This document shows positions 1 through 8,202 of a DNA stretch of 64,000 nucleotides, one piece after another (within the stretch, counting starts at the first letter, position 1; the number at the start of each line of letters is the position of its first letter). The translations under genes and the position numbers were made by a program. The notes under the pieces were generated by a model. It had not been told where the DNA came from and did no database searches. It saw nothing but the letters and a program-made list of their open reading frames with translations. This stretch comes from Candidatus Hydrogenedentota bacterium (lineage in GTDB: Bacteria > Hydrogenedentota > Hydrogenedentia > Hydrogenedentales > JAEUWI01): NCBI GenBank assembly GCA_034669905.1, contig JAXMOL010000001.1, positions 233,824 through 297,823 of the forward strand, in the 5' to 3' direction.

Positions 1-459
1 ATCATTTTTCACGATCGTGGCATCCACCGGCGACACGATGGTGACGGTGTGCCCCTGGGGCCCCACGTTCCACTCGATGCCCCCGGCAATCCACGCGCCC
101 CGCATGGCAATGAGCGCGGGCTTGATCACACCGGGATTGTGAAACATCTCTTCGTTGGTGGTCTTGTCCCACACCGAGTGGATACGCCCGCCCAGCTCGG
201 GGAGGCAGGTAATTTTGAGGTATTCGTTTTCCAGGTAAAGGGCCCGATAGGTACGCATCACTTTCTCGTCGAGAAGGTGATCCTGTCGGGTGTAGGGATA
301 ATAGATGCGGCCTTCGTATTCCTGGTAGACCGGGTTGGGGTCGTCAATCCAGGGATAGGTCGGGAGGTCGAGGGTGCCTTCCCAGGCGCGGACCGGCTCG
401 GCTTGGGTTGGCGCGGCCACGGCGAAGACTACAAGTAACACGGCAAGTAAACGAGTCAT
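1..459 (-). CDS. DUF5107-domain secreted protein, N-terminal part (runs off the window)
   Basis: Not in the ORF track. Manual translation from ATG at 459 gives MTRLLAVLLVVFAVAAPTQAEPVRAWEG...LENEYLKITCLPELGGRIHS...RGAWIAGGIEWN: signal peptide plus DUF5107-type motifs; GGGGA RBS. Confidence 0.8.
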   Translation of the reverse strand, partial: MTRLLAVLLVVFAVAAPTQAEPVRAWEGTLDLPTYPWIDDPNPVYQEYEGRIYYPYTRQDHLLDEKVMRTYRALYLENEYLKITCLPELGGRIHSVWDKTTNEEMFHNPGVIKPALIAMRGAWIAGGIEWNVGPQGHTVTIVSPVDATIVKND

Positions 460-569
460 TACGATTCCCCTGTTTTGGTTTCACGATTCCCGACGAGTTT
501 TTATTGTAGAGACGGGGGGACGTTGGTACAAGGTTGATTCTTGTGGGACCTGTGCGGCCGGCGAACAAC

Positions 570-605
570 GTCCCACAGGTCTCACCGGTCCCACGCGTCC
601 CACAA
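570..605. repeat. 9-bp-period GTC array
   Basis: GTC at 570, 579, 588, 597 (gtcccacag gtctcaccg gtcccacgc gtcccacaa). Confidence 0.65.
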
Positions 606-717
606 ACTCCCCACACTCTATAGCCCGCCCGCCCAACTATGATAAGCTGGACCCAGCAGCAATTGAGGCCCGCGCCTCGCACACCACAGCCCATACAACT
701 TCTCCGGGAGCACCGCC

Positions 718-2811
718 GTGTCTGACGACCAGCCCGTTTACATTAATCATCTCATCCACGAAACCAGTCCCTACCTCCTCCAGCATGCCCACAATCCCGT
801 GGAATGGTATCCCTGGGGGGAGGAGGCCTTCACCAAAGCCCGGGAAGAGGACAAGCCCATTTTTCTTTCCATCGGCTACGCGGCCTGTCACTGGTGCCAC
901 GTGATGGAGCATGAATCCTTCGAAAACGAGTCGGTCGCCAAGTTTCTCTCGGAGTACTTTGTCAGCATCAAGGTGGACCGGGAAGAGCGCCCCGATCTCG
1001 ACGACATCTATATGAGCGCGGTGATGGGCCTTACGGGCCATGGCGGATGGCCCATGACGGTCTTTCTCACGCCAGACCTTGAGCCCTTCTATGGCGGTAC
1101 CTACTACCCGCCGGAAGACCGCCACGGGCACCCGAGCTTTATGACCATCCTCCGCGGCATTGCCCAAAGCTGGCAGGACAAGCGGGAAGACATCGCCAAG
1201 GGCGCGGAGAACATCACCCAGTTTCTTGCGGAGCAGTCCCGCAAGCCGGTGAATGATAAGACGGTCATGGCCTCCAGTGTGATCACCCAGGCCGCCCAGC
1301 AGCTGACCGAAAACTACGATGCCACCCATGGCGGTTGGGGCGGTGCCCCCAAGTTTCCTTCCAGCGGCGGCATCGGATTCTTGCTGCGGGCCTACCGCAC
1401 GACGGGGGACCGCGAACTCCTCGACATGGCCACGGAGACCCTCGACAAGATGGCCCGGGGCGGCATGTATGATCAGCTCGGCGGCGGCTTTCACCGCTAT
1501 TCGGTAGACGCCGAATGGTTGGTGCCCCACTTTGAAAAAATGCTCTATGACAACGGACAGCTCGCCCAGGTCTATCTGGAAGCCTGGCAGGCCACGGGCA
1601 ACGCCTTTTATAAACAGGTGGTCTGTGAAATCATCGACTACGAACTCCGGGACATGACCGACTCCCTTGGTGGCTTCCACAGCACGGAAGACGCCGACAG
1701 CGAAGGGGAAGAGGGCAAGTTCTATATCTGGTCCCATGGGGAAATCATGAAAACCCTCGGCGAAGAAGATGGCGCGCTCTTTTGTGCCTACTACGCCATC
1801 AAAGAGCGGGGTAACTTCCAATCCCACGAGCCCTATCACACCGGACTCAACATCCCCCACGTCACCCGTCCGCCCGAACAGATTGCATCGGAGCAGGGCC
1901 TCGAGCCGGAAGCCCTGGAAGCGCGCATGGCCCCCTTACGTGCCAAACTCATGGCCGTCCGCGAAGGCCGCGTGCGCCCCGGGTTGGATGACAAGGTCTT
2001 AACCTCGTGGAACGCCCTCATGATTGGTCCCATGGCCCAGGCGGGGGTAGCCTTTGGCGAGCCCCGCTATGTGGAAGCGGCGGTGAAAGCGGCCGAGTTC
2101 CTCATGGCACACATGTGGAAAGACGACGGCCTCCTGCGCACCCACCGCCATGGCGAGAGCCGTCTGCCGGGGTACCTCGATGACTACGCCTTTACGGCGA
2201 ACGCCTTTGTGGACCTCTATGAAGCCACGCTGGACGCCCGGTGGCTGGAACATGCCCGGACGATTACCGAGCAGATGATTGCCCGATTTGGGGATGAGGA
2301 TGGGACGAGTTTTTACTTCACCGAAGCGGCCCACCAGAATCTCATCGTCCGCACCCGGCCGACGTACGACGGGGCCGAGCCTTCGGGCAATTCCGTGGCG
2401 GCGCTGGTTCTGTTGCGGCTGGGCCATATGCTGGACCATAAGGATTTTCAGCATTGGGGACGGAAGGTCGTGGAAACGACGCTCCCCCTCGTGGCCCGTG
2501 CGCCCCAGGGATACCTGCGCATGCTGTGGACCGTGGACTTCCTGTTGCACCCGCCGGTGGAGATTACGCTCGTGGGTAAAGGCGATGATGCCGGCGTGGC
2601 CGCCTTACATGAGACGCTCATGCAGCGATACCTGCCAAACAAATGCGTGTTGTTGGTAAATCCCGAGACCTATGCCTTCACGGATGAGTTGCCCATGGCC
2701 GTAAGCAAGACCATGGTGGATGAAACCGCCGCGGCCTATGTCTGTCGCGAGCAGGTCTGTCAGGCCCCGGTGACGACGGTGGAGGCGTTGGCGGAGCTAT
2801 TGGCGGGGTAG
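718..2811 (+). CDS. yyaL: Thioredoxin-domain protein, YyaL/SSP411 (DUF255) family
   Basis: N-terminal [60 protein letters not shown] start after GGAG. Confidence 0.93.
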   Translation: MSDDQPVYINHLIHETSPYLLQHAHNPVEWYPWGEEAFTKAREEDKPIFLSIGYAACHWCHVMEHESFENESVAKFLSEYFVSIKVDREERPDLDDIYMSAVMGLTGHGGWPMTVFLTPDLEPFYGGTYYPPEDRHGHPSFMTILRGIAQSWQDKREDIAKGAENITQFLAEQSRKPVNDKTVMASSVITQAAQQLTENYDATHGGWGGAPKFPSSGGIGFLLRAYRTTGDRELLDMATETLDKMARGGMYDQLGGGFHRYSVDAEWLVPHFEKMLYDNGQLAQVYLEAWQATGNAFYKQVVCEIIDYELRDMTDSLGGFHSTEDADSEGEEGKFYIWSHGEIMKTLGEEDGALFCAYYAIKERGNFQSHEPYHTGLNIPHVTRPPEQIASEQGLEPEALEARMAPLRAKLMAVREGRVRPGLDDKVLTSWNALMIGPMAQAGVAFGEPRYVEAAVKAAEFLMAHMWKDDGLLRTHRHGESRLPGYLDDYAFTANAFVDLYEATLDARWLEHARTITEQMIARFGDEDGTSFYFTEAAHQNLIVRTRPTYDGAEPSGNSVAALVLLRLGHMLDHKDFQHWGRKVVETTLPLVARAPQGYLRMLWTVDFLLHPPVEITLVGKGDDAGVAALHETLMQRYLPNKCVLLVNPETYAFTDELPMAVSKTMVDETAAAYVCREQVCQAPVTTVEALAELLAG

Positions 2812-3044
2812 GGACGGCAAGGACCTCAAAGACGAAAAAGACCTAAGGGACGTTGTGAAAAATTCGCGGGCACTCGCAAGACTATTGGAGCAGAGCTCCA
2901 CGGACTGCATTCCCAAGCAGAGCTTGGGAACGAGGGAAAGCCAACATTTCTTGCTCCGAGGATCAGCCTGGGAATGAGGGCCCTGAAAGCGTGTGCGCAA
3001 TAGGTCCCTGTCCTTTACGTCCTTTCCGTCGTTTAGGTCCTTTC
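2811..3044. repeat. Composite intergenic repeat: inverted 9-bp-period GAC/GTC arrays flanking a REP-like palindrome
   Basis: GAC at 2813/2822/2831/2840/2849; GTC at 3010/3019/3028/3037; inner tgcattcccaagcagagcttgggaacgag at 2906-2934. Confidence 0.75.
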
Positions 3045-3046
3045 AC

Positions 3047-3086
3047 AAAAAAACGCCCGGGTCAGCCGAAGCCAACCCGGGCGTTT
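3047..3086 (-). terminator. Intrinsic terminator of ileS (possibly bidirectional)
   Basis: aaacgcccggg...cccgggcgttt stem with A-tract at 3047-3053 (U-tract on the minus strand). Confidence 0.8.
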
Positions 3087-3102
3087 GTCGTCTCTATCTA
3101 GT

Positions 3103-6100
3103 TCACCCCACTGCCACCAGCAGCCGCAACTCGCTGCCTTCCACCGTCACCACCTTGGCATCTCCGTCCGCCGCACCGCTCACCAGCGAATTGGCCAACA
3201 CTTCCTGGGCGATATACTCGCGGAAGCCATCAATCGCCTCGTTCAACGATGCATCGTCGGTCGCATAGGTCACGGCGATGCGCGCGTCGTAGGCGAGGTT
3301 TTGCTCTTTGCGGATGTCCTGCAGGGCGCGGACCACTTCGCGAACCAAACCCTCTTTCCGCAGTTCGTCGGTGATTTCTGTGGCGATGACCACCACCAAC
3401 TGCTTGCCCTGGGCGGCGGCGAAACCTTCCTTCGGCGTGAGGCGCACGTCCACTTCATCGGCGGTGAGCACTTCCGGCTTACCATTCACTTCGATGGTGA
3501 TGCCGCCATCCTGCACCTGGGCCGCAAGGGCCGCCCCATCGGCACCGGCGAGGGCCTTGCGGACCTGCTGGACGTTCTTCCCGAAGCGGGGTCCGAGGAC
3601 CTTGAAGTTGGGCCGCACTTCGTAGGAAACGTATTCTTCCGGGCTGTCCGTGAAGGCCACTTCCTTGATGTTCAATTCTTCCTGGATAAGGTCGAGGTGT
3701 TTCTCGAGGGCAGCGCGCTGGTCGGCATTGGCCACGACGAGTTCGCAGAGCCCCAGGGGCTGACGCACCTTGATGTTTTCTACACGGCGGGCACTGAGTC
3801 CCAGCGTCACGGCCTCGCGGGTGAGGGCCATCTGGTCCAGCAGCCCATGGTCAATGGTGGCCCCGTCGGCTACCGGGTAGGTCGCCAGGTGGACACTGTC
3901 CGCCGCACCAGCCACGGGTTTCGCCAGGTTGCGCCACGTCACTTCTGCGAAGAAGGGCGTGAAAGGCGCGGCCAGACGGGCCAGCTTGATGAGGCATTCG
4001 TAGAGCGTCCAATAGGCATCGGCCTTGTCTTCGCTCCAGCCACTCGCCCAGAAGCGCGCACGACTCCGGCGCACATACCAGTTGGAGAGGCTGTCCACAA
4101 AGCCGGAAACTTCACGGGCTGCCGGGTAGGTTTCGTAGGTATCCAGGGCACCCCGGGCATCGACGATAACCCGGTCGAGCTCGTTGAGGATCCACTGATC
4201 CAACTCAGCGCGTTCGGCCACCGGGCGATAGACCGCATCGCCCCCGGTGCCCCCGGCAGGTGCGGCGGCGGGGTCGGCGAAGAGTTCTTTCAACACGGCC
4301 TGGGGCGCACTGGACGGATCAAAGCCATCCAGGTTCGCATAGATCACGAAGAAACTGTAGACGTTGTACCAGCGCATCAACAGTTCGCGCTGGGACTCTT
4401 CCACGATGCGCTCGGAAAGGCGGCTGCTGTTCGTGGGCGGGTTCTTGGCGATAAAGCTCCAGCGCAACGCGTCGGCACTGAACTTTTCGAAAAGGAGGCC
4501 CGGCTCGCTGTAATTCTTCAGACGCTTCGACAACTTGAGGCCGTCTTCCCCGAGGATGTGTCCGAGGCAAATGCAGTTTTTGAAGGGATGGGGCCAGGGG
4601 CCTTTTTCTTTTCCATGAACCACCGTGCTGATGGCCAGCAGGGCATAGAACCAACCCCGCGTCTGGTCAATGGCTTCACTGATAAAGTCGGCCGGGAAGC
4701 GCTCGTTGAACTTTTCCGCAGAACCTTCCACGTGGGGATAGCCCCACTGGGCGAAGGGCATGGAGCCCGCGTCAAACCACACGTCGATGACTTCCGTCAC
4801 ACGGCGCATGCGCCCTTCAGGATCCTTGGGACTCTGGAAGGTTACGGCATCGATATAGGGCTTGTGGACCTTGAGGTGCTCACTGAGTTCGGGTGTTTCG
4901 GCCTTGGCCTGCTCCCAGACCTCGGTGCCTTCGAGGCCGGGCTTGGCGAGCAACTCGTCGTAGGAGCTGATGCATTCCATGTGGCCCGTCTTGTCGCAAA
5001 TCCACACGGGCAGGGGCGTACCCCAATAGCGCTCGCGGGACAGGGCCCAGTCCACGTTGTTTTCGAGGAAGTTACCAAAGCGGCCATCGCGGATGTGCTG
5101 GGGCTGCCAAGTGATCTCCTTATTATTCGCCACGAAATCGTCTTTGAACTGGGAGGTCTTGATAAACCAGCTCTTCCGCGCGTATTGGATGAGGGGATCA
5201 TTCTCCGCACGGGGACAGAAGGGATAGGAGTGTTTGTATTGCTCGTGTTTAAAGAGGTGTCCCCGCTCTTTCAAGACACGGAGAATGCCCTTGTCCGCGG
5301 CCTTACAGAACTGGCCCGCAATGGGGCTCTGGTCGTAGGGGTCCACATCGGTGACGCGCTCGTCGAAGGTGCCATCGGGCTTCACATAACAAAGGAATCC
5401 AATGCCGCTTTCCTTGCAGACGCGGTAATCGTCTTCACCGAAGGCCGGGGCCATATGGACGATGCCCGTACCGGTTTCGAGGTCCACAAAATCACCCGCG
5501 ATAACCATCCAGTGTTTTTCGGAAACCGCGTCGGGATTTTCCATGGCGGCCGGGGTGCCGTAGTTAAAGAGGGGCTCGTAGCGCACACCCAGGAGATCGC
5601 TCCCCTTGAGCGTCTGAACAATCTCCGCCTCTTCGCCGAAATACTTGCTGACGAGGGCCTGGGCGAGAATCAGCATCTCGTGGCCGGATTCGGTCGCGTG
5701 CTTTACCACGGCGTAGTCCGTCTCGGGGCCCACGCACGCCGCGCAGTTGCTCGACAGGGTCCAGGGGGTCGTCGTCCAAATGAGGAGACCCGCGTCTTCC
5801 CCTTCCAGGTTGAGGGCTTGCTTGCCATCCTCCGTGAGGGAGAGTTTAATCGTGACCGCGGGGTCGTCCACGTCGCGGTAGCCTTCACCCACTTCGCCCG
5901 CCGAAAGGGCTGTGCCGCCCTGGGCCCACCACCACACGACCTTATGGCCCTGATAGAGGAGGCCCCGGTCGAAAAGTTGCTTCAGGGCCCACCACACACT
6001 CTCCACATAACTCTGGTGGAAGGTGACATAGGCCTCGTCCAGGTCTACCCAGAAACCAATACGGTCCGTGAGTTGTTCCCATTCCTGCTTATAGCGGAAG

Positions 6101-6489
6101 ACCGACTCAATGCAGGTGCGGTTGAACTTCTCCACGCCGAATTCTTCGATGGCTTCTTTACCGCCATCGATGATACCCAGCTCTTTGCAGACCTCGATTT
6201 CCACGGGCAGTCCGTGGGTATCCCAGCCGGCTTTGCGCTCGCAGAAATTGCCCGACATAGTCTTGTAACGGGGGAAGATGTCTTTGATGGTGCGCGTCAG
6301 GCAGTGGCCCGGGTGGGGCATCCCGTTGGCCGTGGGAGGCCCTTCGTAGAACACGAAACGGGGCGCATCTTTCCGCTGTTCCAGACTTTTTTTATAGGTC
6401 TGGTGTTCTTTCCAGAACGCGATGGTCTCCTTTTCCGCCTCGGCAAAGTTAAAGGGGGACGGGACCGGTTCAAAGGCATCGTTAGACAT
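3103..6489 (-). CDS. ileS: Isoleucine--tRNA ligase, type 2 (eukaryote-like)
   Basis: FYEGPPTANGMPHPGH (HIGH), GWDTHGLPVE, WTTTPWTL, DWALSRERYWGTPLP, KLSKR (KMSKS), long type-2 C-terminus. Start reassigned to MSNDAF at 6489. Confidence 0.97.
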   Translation of the reverse strand: MSNDAFEPVPSPFNFAEAEKETIAFWKEHQTYKKSLEQRKDAPRFVFYEGPPTANGMPHPGHCLTRTIKDIFPRYKTMSGNFCERKAGWDTHGLPVEIEVCKELGIIDGGKEAIEEFGVEKFNRTCIESVFRYKQEWEQLTDRIGFWVDLDEAYVTFHQSYVESVWWALKQLFDRGLLYQGHKVVWWWAQGGTALSAGEVGEGYRDVDDPAVTIKLSLTEDGKQALNLEGEDAGLLIWTTTPWTLSSNCAACVGPETDYAVVKHATESGHEMLILAQALVSKYFGEEAEIVQTLKGSDLLGVRYEPLFNYGTPAAMENPDAVSEKHWMVIAGDFVDLETGTGIVHMAPAFGEDDYRVCKESGIGFLCYVKPDGTFDERVTDVDPYDQSPIAGQFCKAADKGILRVLKERGHLFKHEQYKHSYPFCPRAENDPLIQYARKSWFIKTSQFKDDFVANNKEITWQPQHIRDGRFGNFLENNVDWALSRERYWGTPLPVWICDKTGHMECISSYDELLAKPGLEGTEVWEQAKAETPELSEHLKVHKPYIDAVTFQSPKDPEGRMRRVTEVIDVWFDAGSMPFAQWGYPHVEGSAEKFNERFPADFISEAIDQTRGWFYALLAISTVVHGKEKGPWPHPFKNCICLGHILGEDGLKLSKRLKNYSEPGLLFEKFSADALRWSFIAKNPPTNSSRLSERIVEESQRELLMRWYNVYSFFVIYANLDGFDPSSAPQAVLKELFADPAAAPAGGTGGDAVYRPVAERAELDQWILNELDRVIVDARGALDTYETYPAAREVSGFVDSLSNWYVRRSRARFWASGWSEDKADAYWTLYECLIKLARLAAPFTPFFAEVTWRNLAKPVAGAADSVHLATYPVADGATIDHGLLDQMALTREAVTLGLSARRVENIKVRQPLGLCELVVANADQRAALEKHLDLIQEELNIKEVAFTDSPEEYVSYEVRPNFKVLGPRFGKNVQQVRKALAGADGAALAAQVQDGGITIEVNGKPEVLTADEVDVRLTPKEGFAAAQGKQLVVVIATEITDELRKEGLVREVVRALQDIRKEQNLAYDARIAVTYATDDASLNEAIDGFREYIAQEVLANSLVSGAADGDAKVVTVEGSELRLLVAVG

Positions 6490-7005
6490 GGAGCAGGCTT
6501 CCTTCGCTAGGGGCGACGGGTTGTTGTGTTTATACCGGGAGCAATACGCACTTTCCGCCCCGAAAACAGGTTCCGGCACCACAGAAAGGGATTAAACGGC
6601 CGAAAATGGCGTACCAAGCCCAATATGATCGCTTTTCAGGGCCAGATCATGCAACTTTTGGACGAATTTGGGGAATTGGGCGGTGTGAAGCGGGGCGATA
6701 GCGTGGCACGGTCGGGTTACTGCTATTCGTCACGGCACCATGTGGCACCGGTCACAGGGCAGGCCTTTCAATATCATGAGCAGTCAACCAAGAAATAAAA
6801 CGACAAGCCTTCGTGCCACGCGTTCCGGTATATCGCAACGTGTGTAGGGCGCAAGGCTGGGCGGTGCATGGTAGCGATCTGAACCCTCTGTATCTCAACA
6901 CGAGACCATCACGAGAGTGGAAGAGCGCGGATTGCCGCGACGAAGGCGGGAGGTGCGTGGCGTAAGTTGTGGCAATCTAATGGTGTTAGGACAATCACAC
7001 GTTTT

Positions 7006-7021
7006 TGGCACGGTGCTGGCT
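7006..7021 (+). promoter_or_regulatory. Sigma54 (RpoN)-like -24/-12 promoter, copy 1
   Basis: TGGCACG-GTGC-TGGCT versus consensus TGGCACG-N4-TTGCW; GG and GC correctly spaced; conserved in copy 2. Confidence 0.7.
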
Positions 7022-7117
7022 TCACACTCCCATACGCCGTGTGGCGTACGAACAATTGAACGTAAACGTCGATGAATCCATCCGCGATTTGCAGGGAAAA
7101 GCCAGGAGGAATTTACT

Positions 7118-7252
7118 ATGAACACTATCGAACTCAACGAACTGAACCATGAAGTGACTGTCGAAGAAGCCAACAACGTTGTCGGCGGCTACAAACTCAA
7201 GAACGTCGTGGTTTCCAGTTACAAGCTCAAAAACGTCGTTGTATCCAGTTAA
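7118..7252 (+). CDS. 44-aa double-glycine-leader peptide (RiPP/bacteriocin-like precursor) with duplicated core
   Basis: AGGAGG RBS, then MNTIELNELNHEVTVEEANNVVGG|YKLKNVVVSS|YKLKNVVVSS*. The two core units differ only at synonymous positions. Confidence 0.88.
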   Translation: MNTIELNELNHEVTVEEANNVVGGYKLKNVVVSSYKLKNVVVSS

Positions 7253-7334
7253 GGTGCCTGCGGCCTGTTCGGTGGCCCGCGCCACCTGATAGTAGTCCGA
7301 GACGGCCCAATACGGATACGAGATTAACGACCAC

Positions 7335-7383
7335 AAAAACGGCTGGTGCCCCGCACATCGTGGGCGCACCGCCGTTTTTTTTT
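7335..7383 (+). terminator. Intrinsic terminator, peptide unit 1
   Basis: aaaaacggc-t-ggtgc...gcacc-gccgttttttttt hairpin plus T9 tract. Confidence 0.85.
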
Positions 7384-7668
7384 GTATGGGTGGCCCGCGA
7401 ATCGACAAATCGGCATTGTGCGCCTCGAATCCCGATTGGACCAAGCACCAGCCCAAAGGATGTCCCCAAGGGTCGTGCCGCACGAACCGGTATCTCGGTA
7501 TCATTCGCCCCGTGCAAGGATGGGCGTTGCATAGTATCGAACTGAGGCCACCGTGTCTGAACACGAGACCATTGTAAGAATACGATACCCCGGCCTGGCC
7601 CGTCGGAGACGGGAAGTTCGCGGCGTAAGCCGCTGAATTATATGGGTGTTATGACAATCATACGTTTT

Positions 7669-7684
7669 TGGCACGGCGCTGGCG
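7669..7684 (+). promoter_or_regulatory. Sigma54-like -24/-12 promoter, copy 2
   Basis: TGGCACG-GCGC-TGGCG, same position relative to the ATG as in copy 1. Confidence 0.65.
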
Positions 7685-7780
7685 CTACATTCCTATACGC
7701 CGTGGGGCGTGCGAGCAATTGAACGTAAACGTCGATGAATCCATCCGCGATTTGCAGGGAAGAACCAGGAGGAATTTACT

Positions 7781-7951
7781 ATGAACACTATCAAAATCAA
7801 AGAACTGAACCATGAAGTGACCGTTGAAGAAGCCAACAACGTCGTCGGTGGCTACAAATACAAACTCACCAACGTCGTAGTTTCCAGTTACGATACCTCC
7901 GGTCAAGCCGACGCTACTCGCCGCAACCCATCGCTCAAAACGAGTCGTTGA
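7781..7951 (+). CDS. 56-aa double-glycine-leader peptide, paralog of 7118-7252
   Basis: AGGAGG RBS; MNTIKIKELNHEVTVEEANNVVGG|YKYKLTNVVVSSYDTSGQADATRRNPSLKTSR*. Confidence 0.88.
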   Translation: MNTIKIKELNHEVTVEEANNVVGGYKYKLTNVVVSSYDTSGQADATRRNPSLKTSR

Positions 7952-7985
7952 CACCGTTCAGGAGCGTAACGGGGTTACGGATGAC

Positions 7986-8031
7986 AAGAACGGCAGGTGC
8001 CTGCACAATGTGCATGCGCCGCCGTCTTTTT
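7986..8031 (+). terminator. Intrinsic terminator, peptide unit 2
   Basis: acggc-a-ggtgc-c-tgcac-aat-gtgca-t-gcgcc-gccgt followed by cttttt; homologous to terminator 1. Confidence 0.75.
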
Positions 8032-8202
8032 GTTCGGAAGAACAGACCGACGTCCGGCAACTTTGGTGGGTCTTGATTCCTCTTGGAACTAGATCTGGGG
8101 GACTCTTTTGCCGATGGCCATTCGTATTTCAGTATCTAATTCGCAAGTTAAACCACCCCGAGATTCCAGCCGCAACCAGATAACCCCCACTCGGTGACGC
8201 CC

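Larger units (their letters stand above)
6891..8031 (+). repeat. Tandem duplication (offset 663 bp) of a complete small-peptide transcription unit
   Basis: 6891-7383 and 7554-8031 align in upstream palindrome, promoter, near-identical 5' UTR, RBS, leader coding sequence and terminator. Confidence 0.92.

Noticed and set aside
6302..6325. ileS HIGH-motif variant HPGH as a sign of unusual mupirocin hyper-resistance
   Set aside because: HPGH keeps the canonical HxGH order and is not the ALHH-type variant; an ordinary type-2 IleRS.
3085..6510. 1141-aa plus-strand ORF and other long antisense ORFs (e.g. 637-1860, 44752-46449, 46510-47904, 58497-59984, 60183-61616)
   Set aside because: Shadow frames opposite well-supported genes, expected with GC-rich codon bias; no recognisable motifs.
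6490..6890. Possible T-box riboswitch upstream of ileS
   Set aside because: No T-box GGTGGnACC motif or associated terminator found on the minus strand.
7022..7954. Minus-strand ORFs 7022-7564 and 7685-7954 that resemble each other
   Set aside because: They are antisense translations of the duplicated peptide cassettes; RBS, promoter, terminator and synonymous substitutions all support the plus strand.
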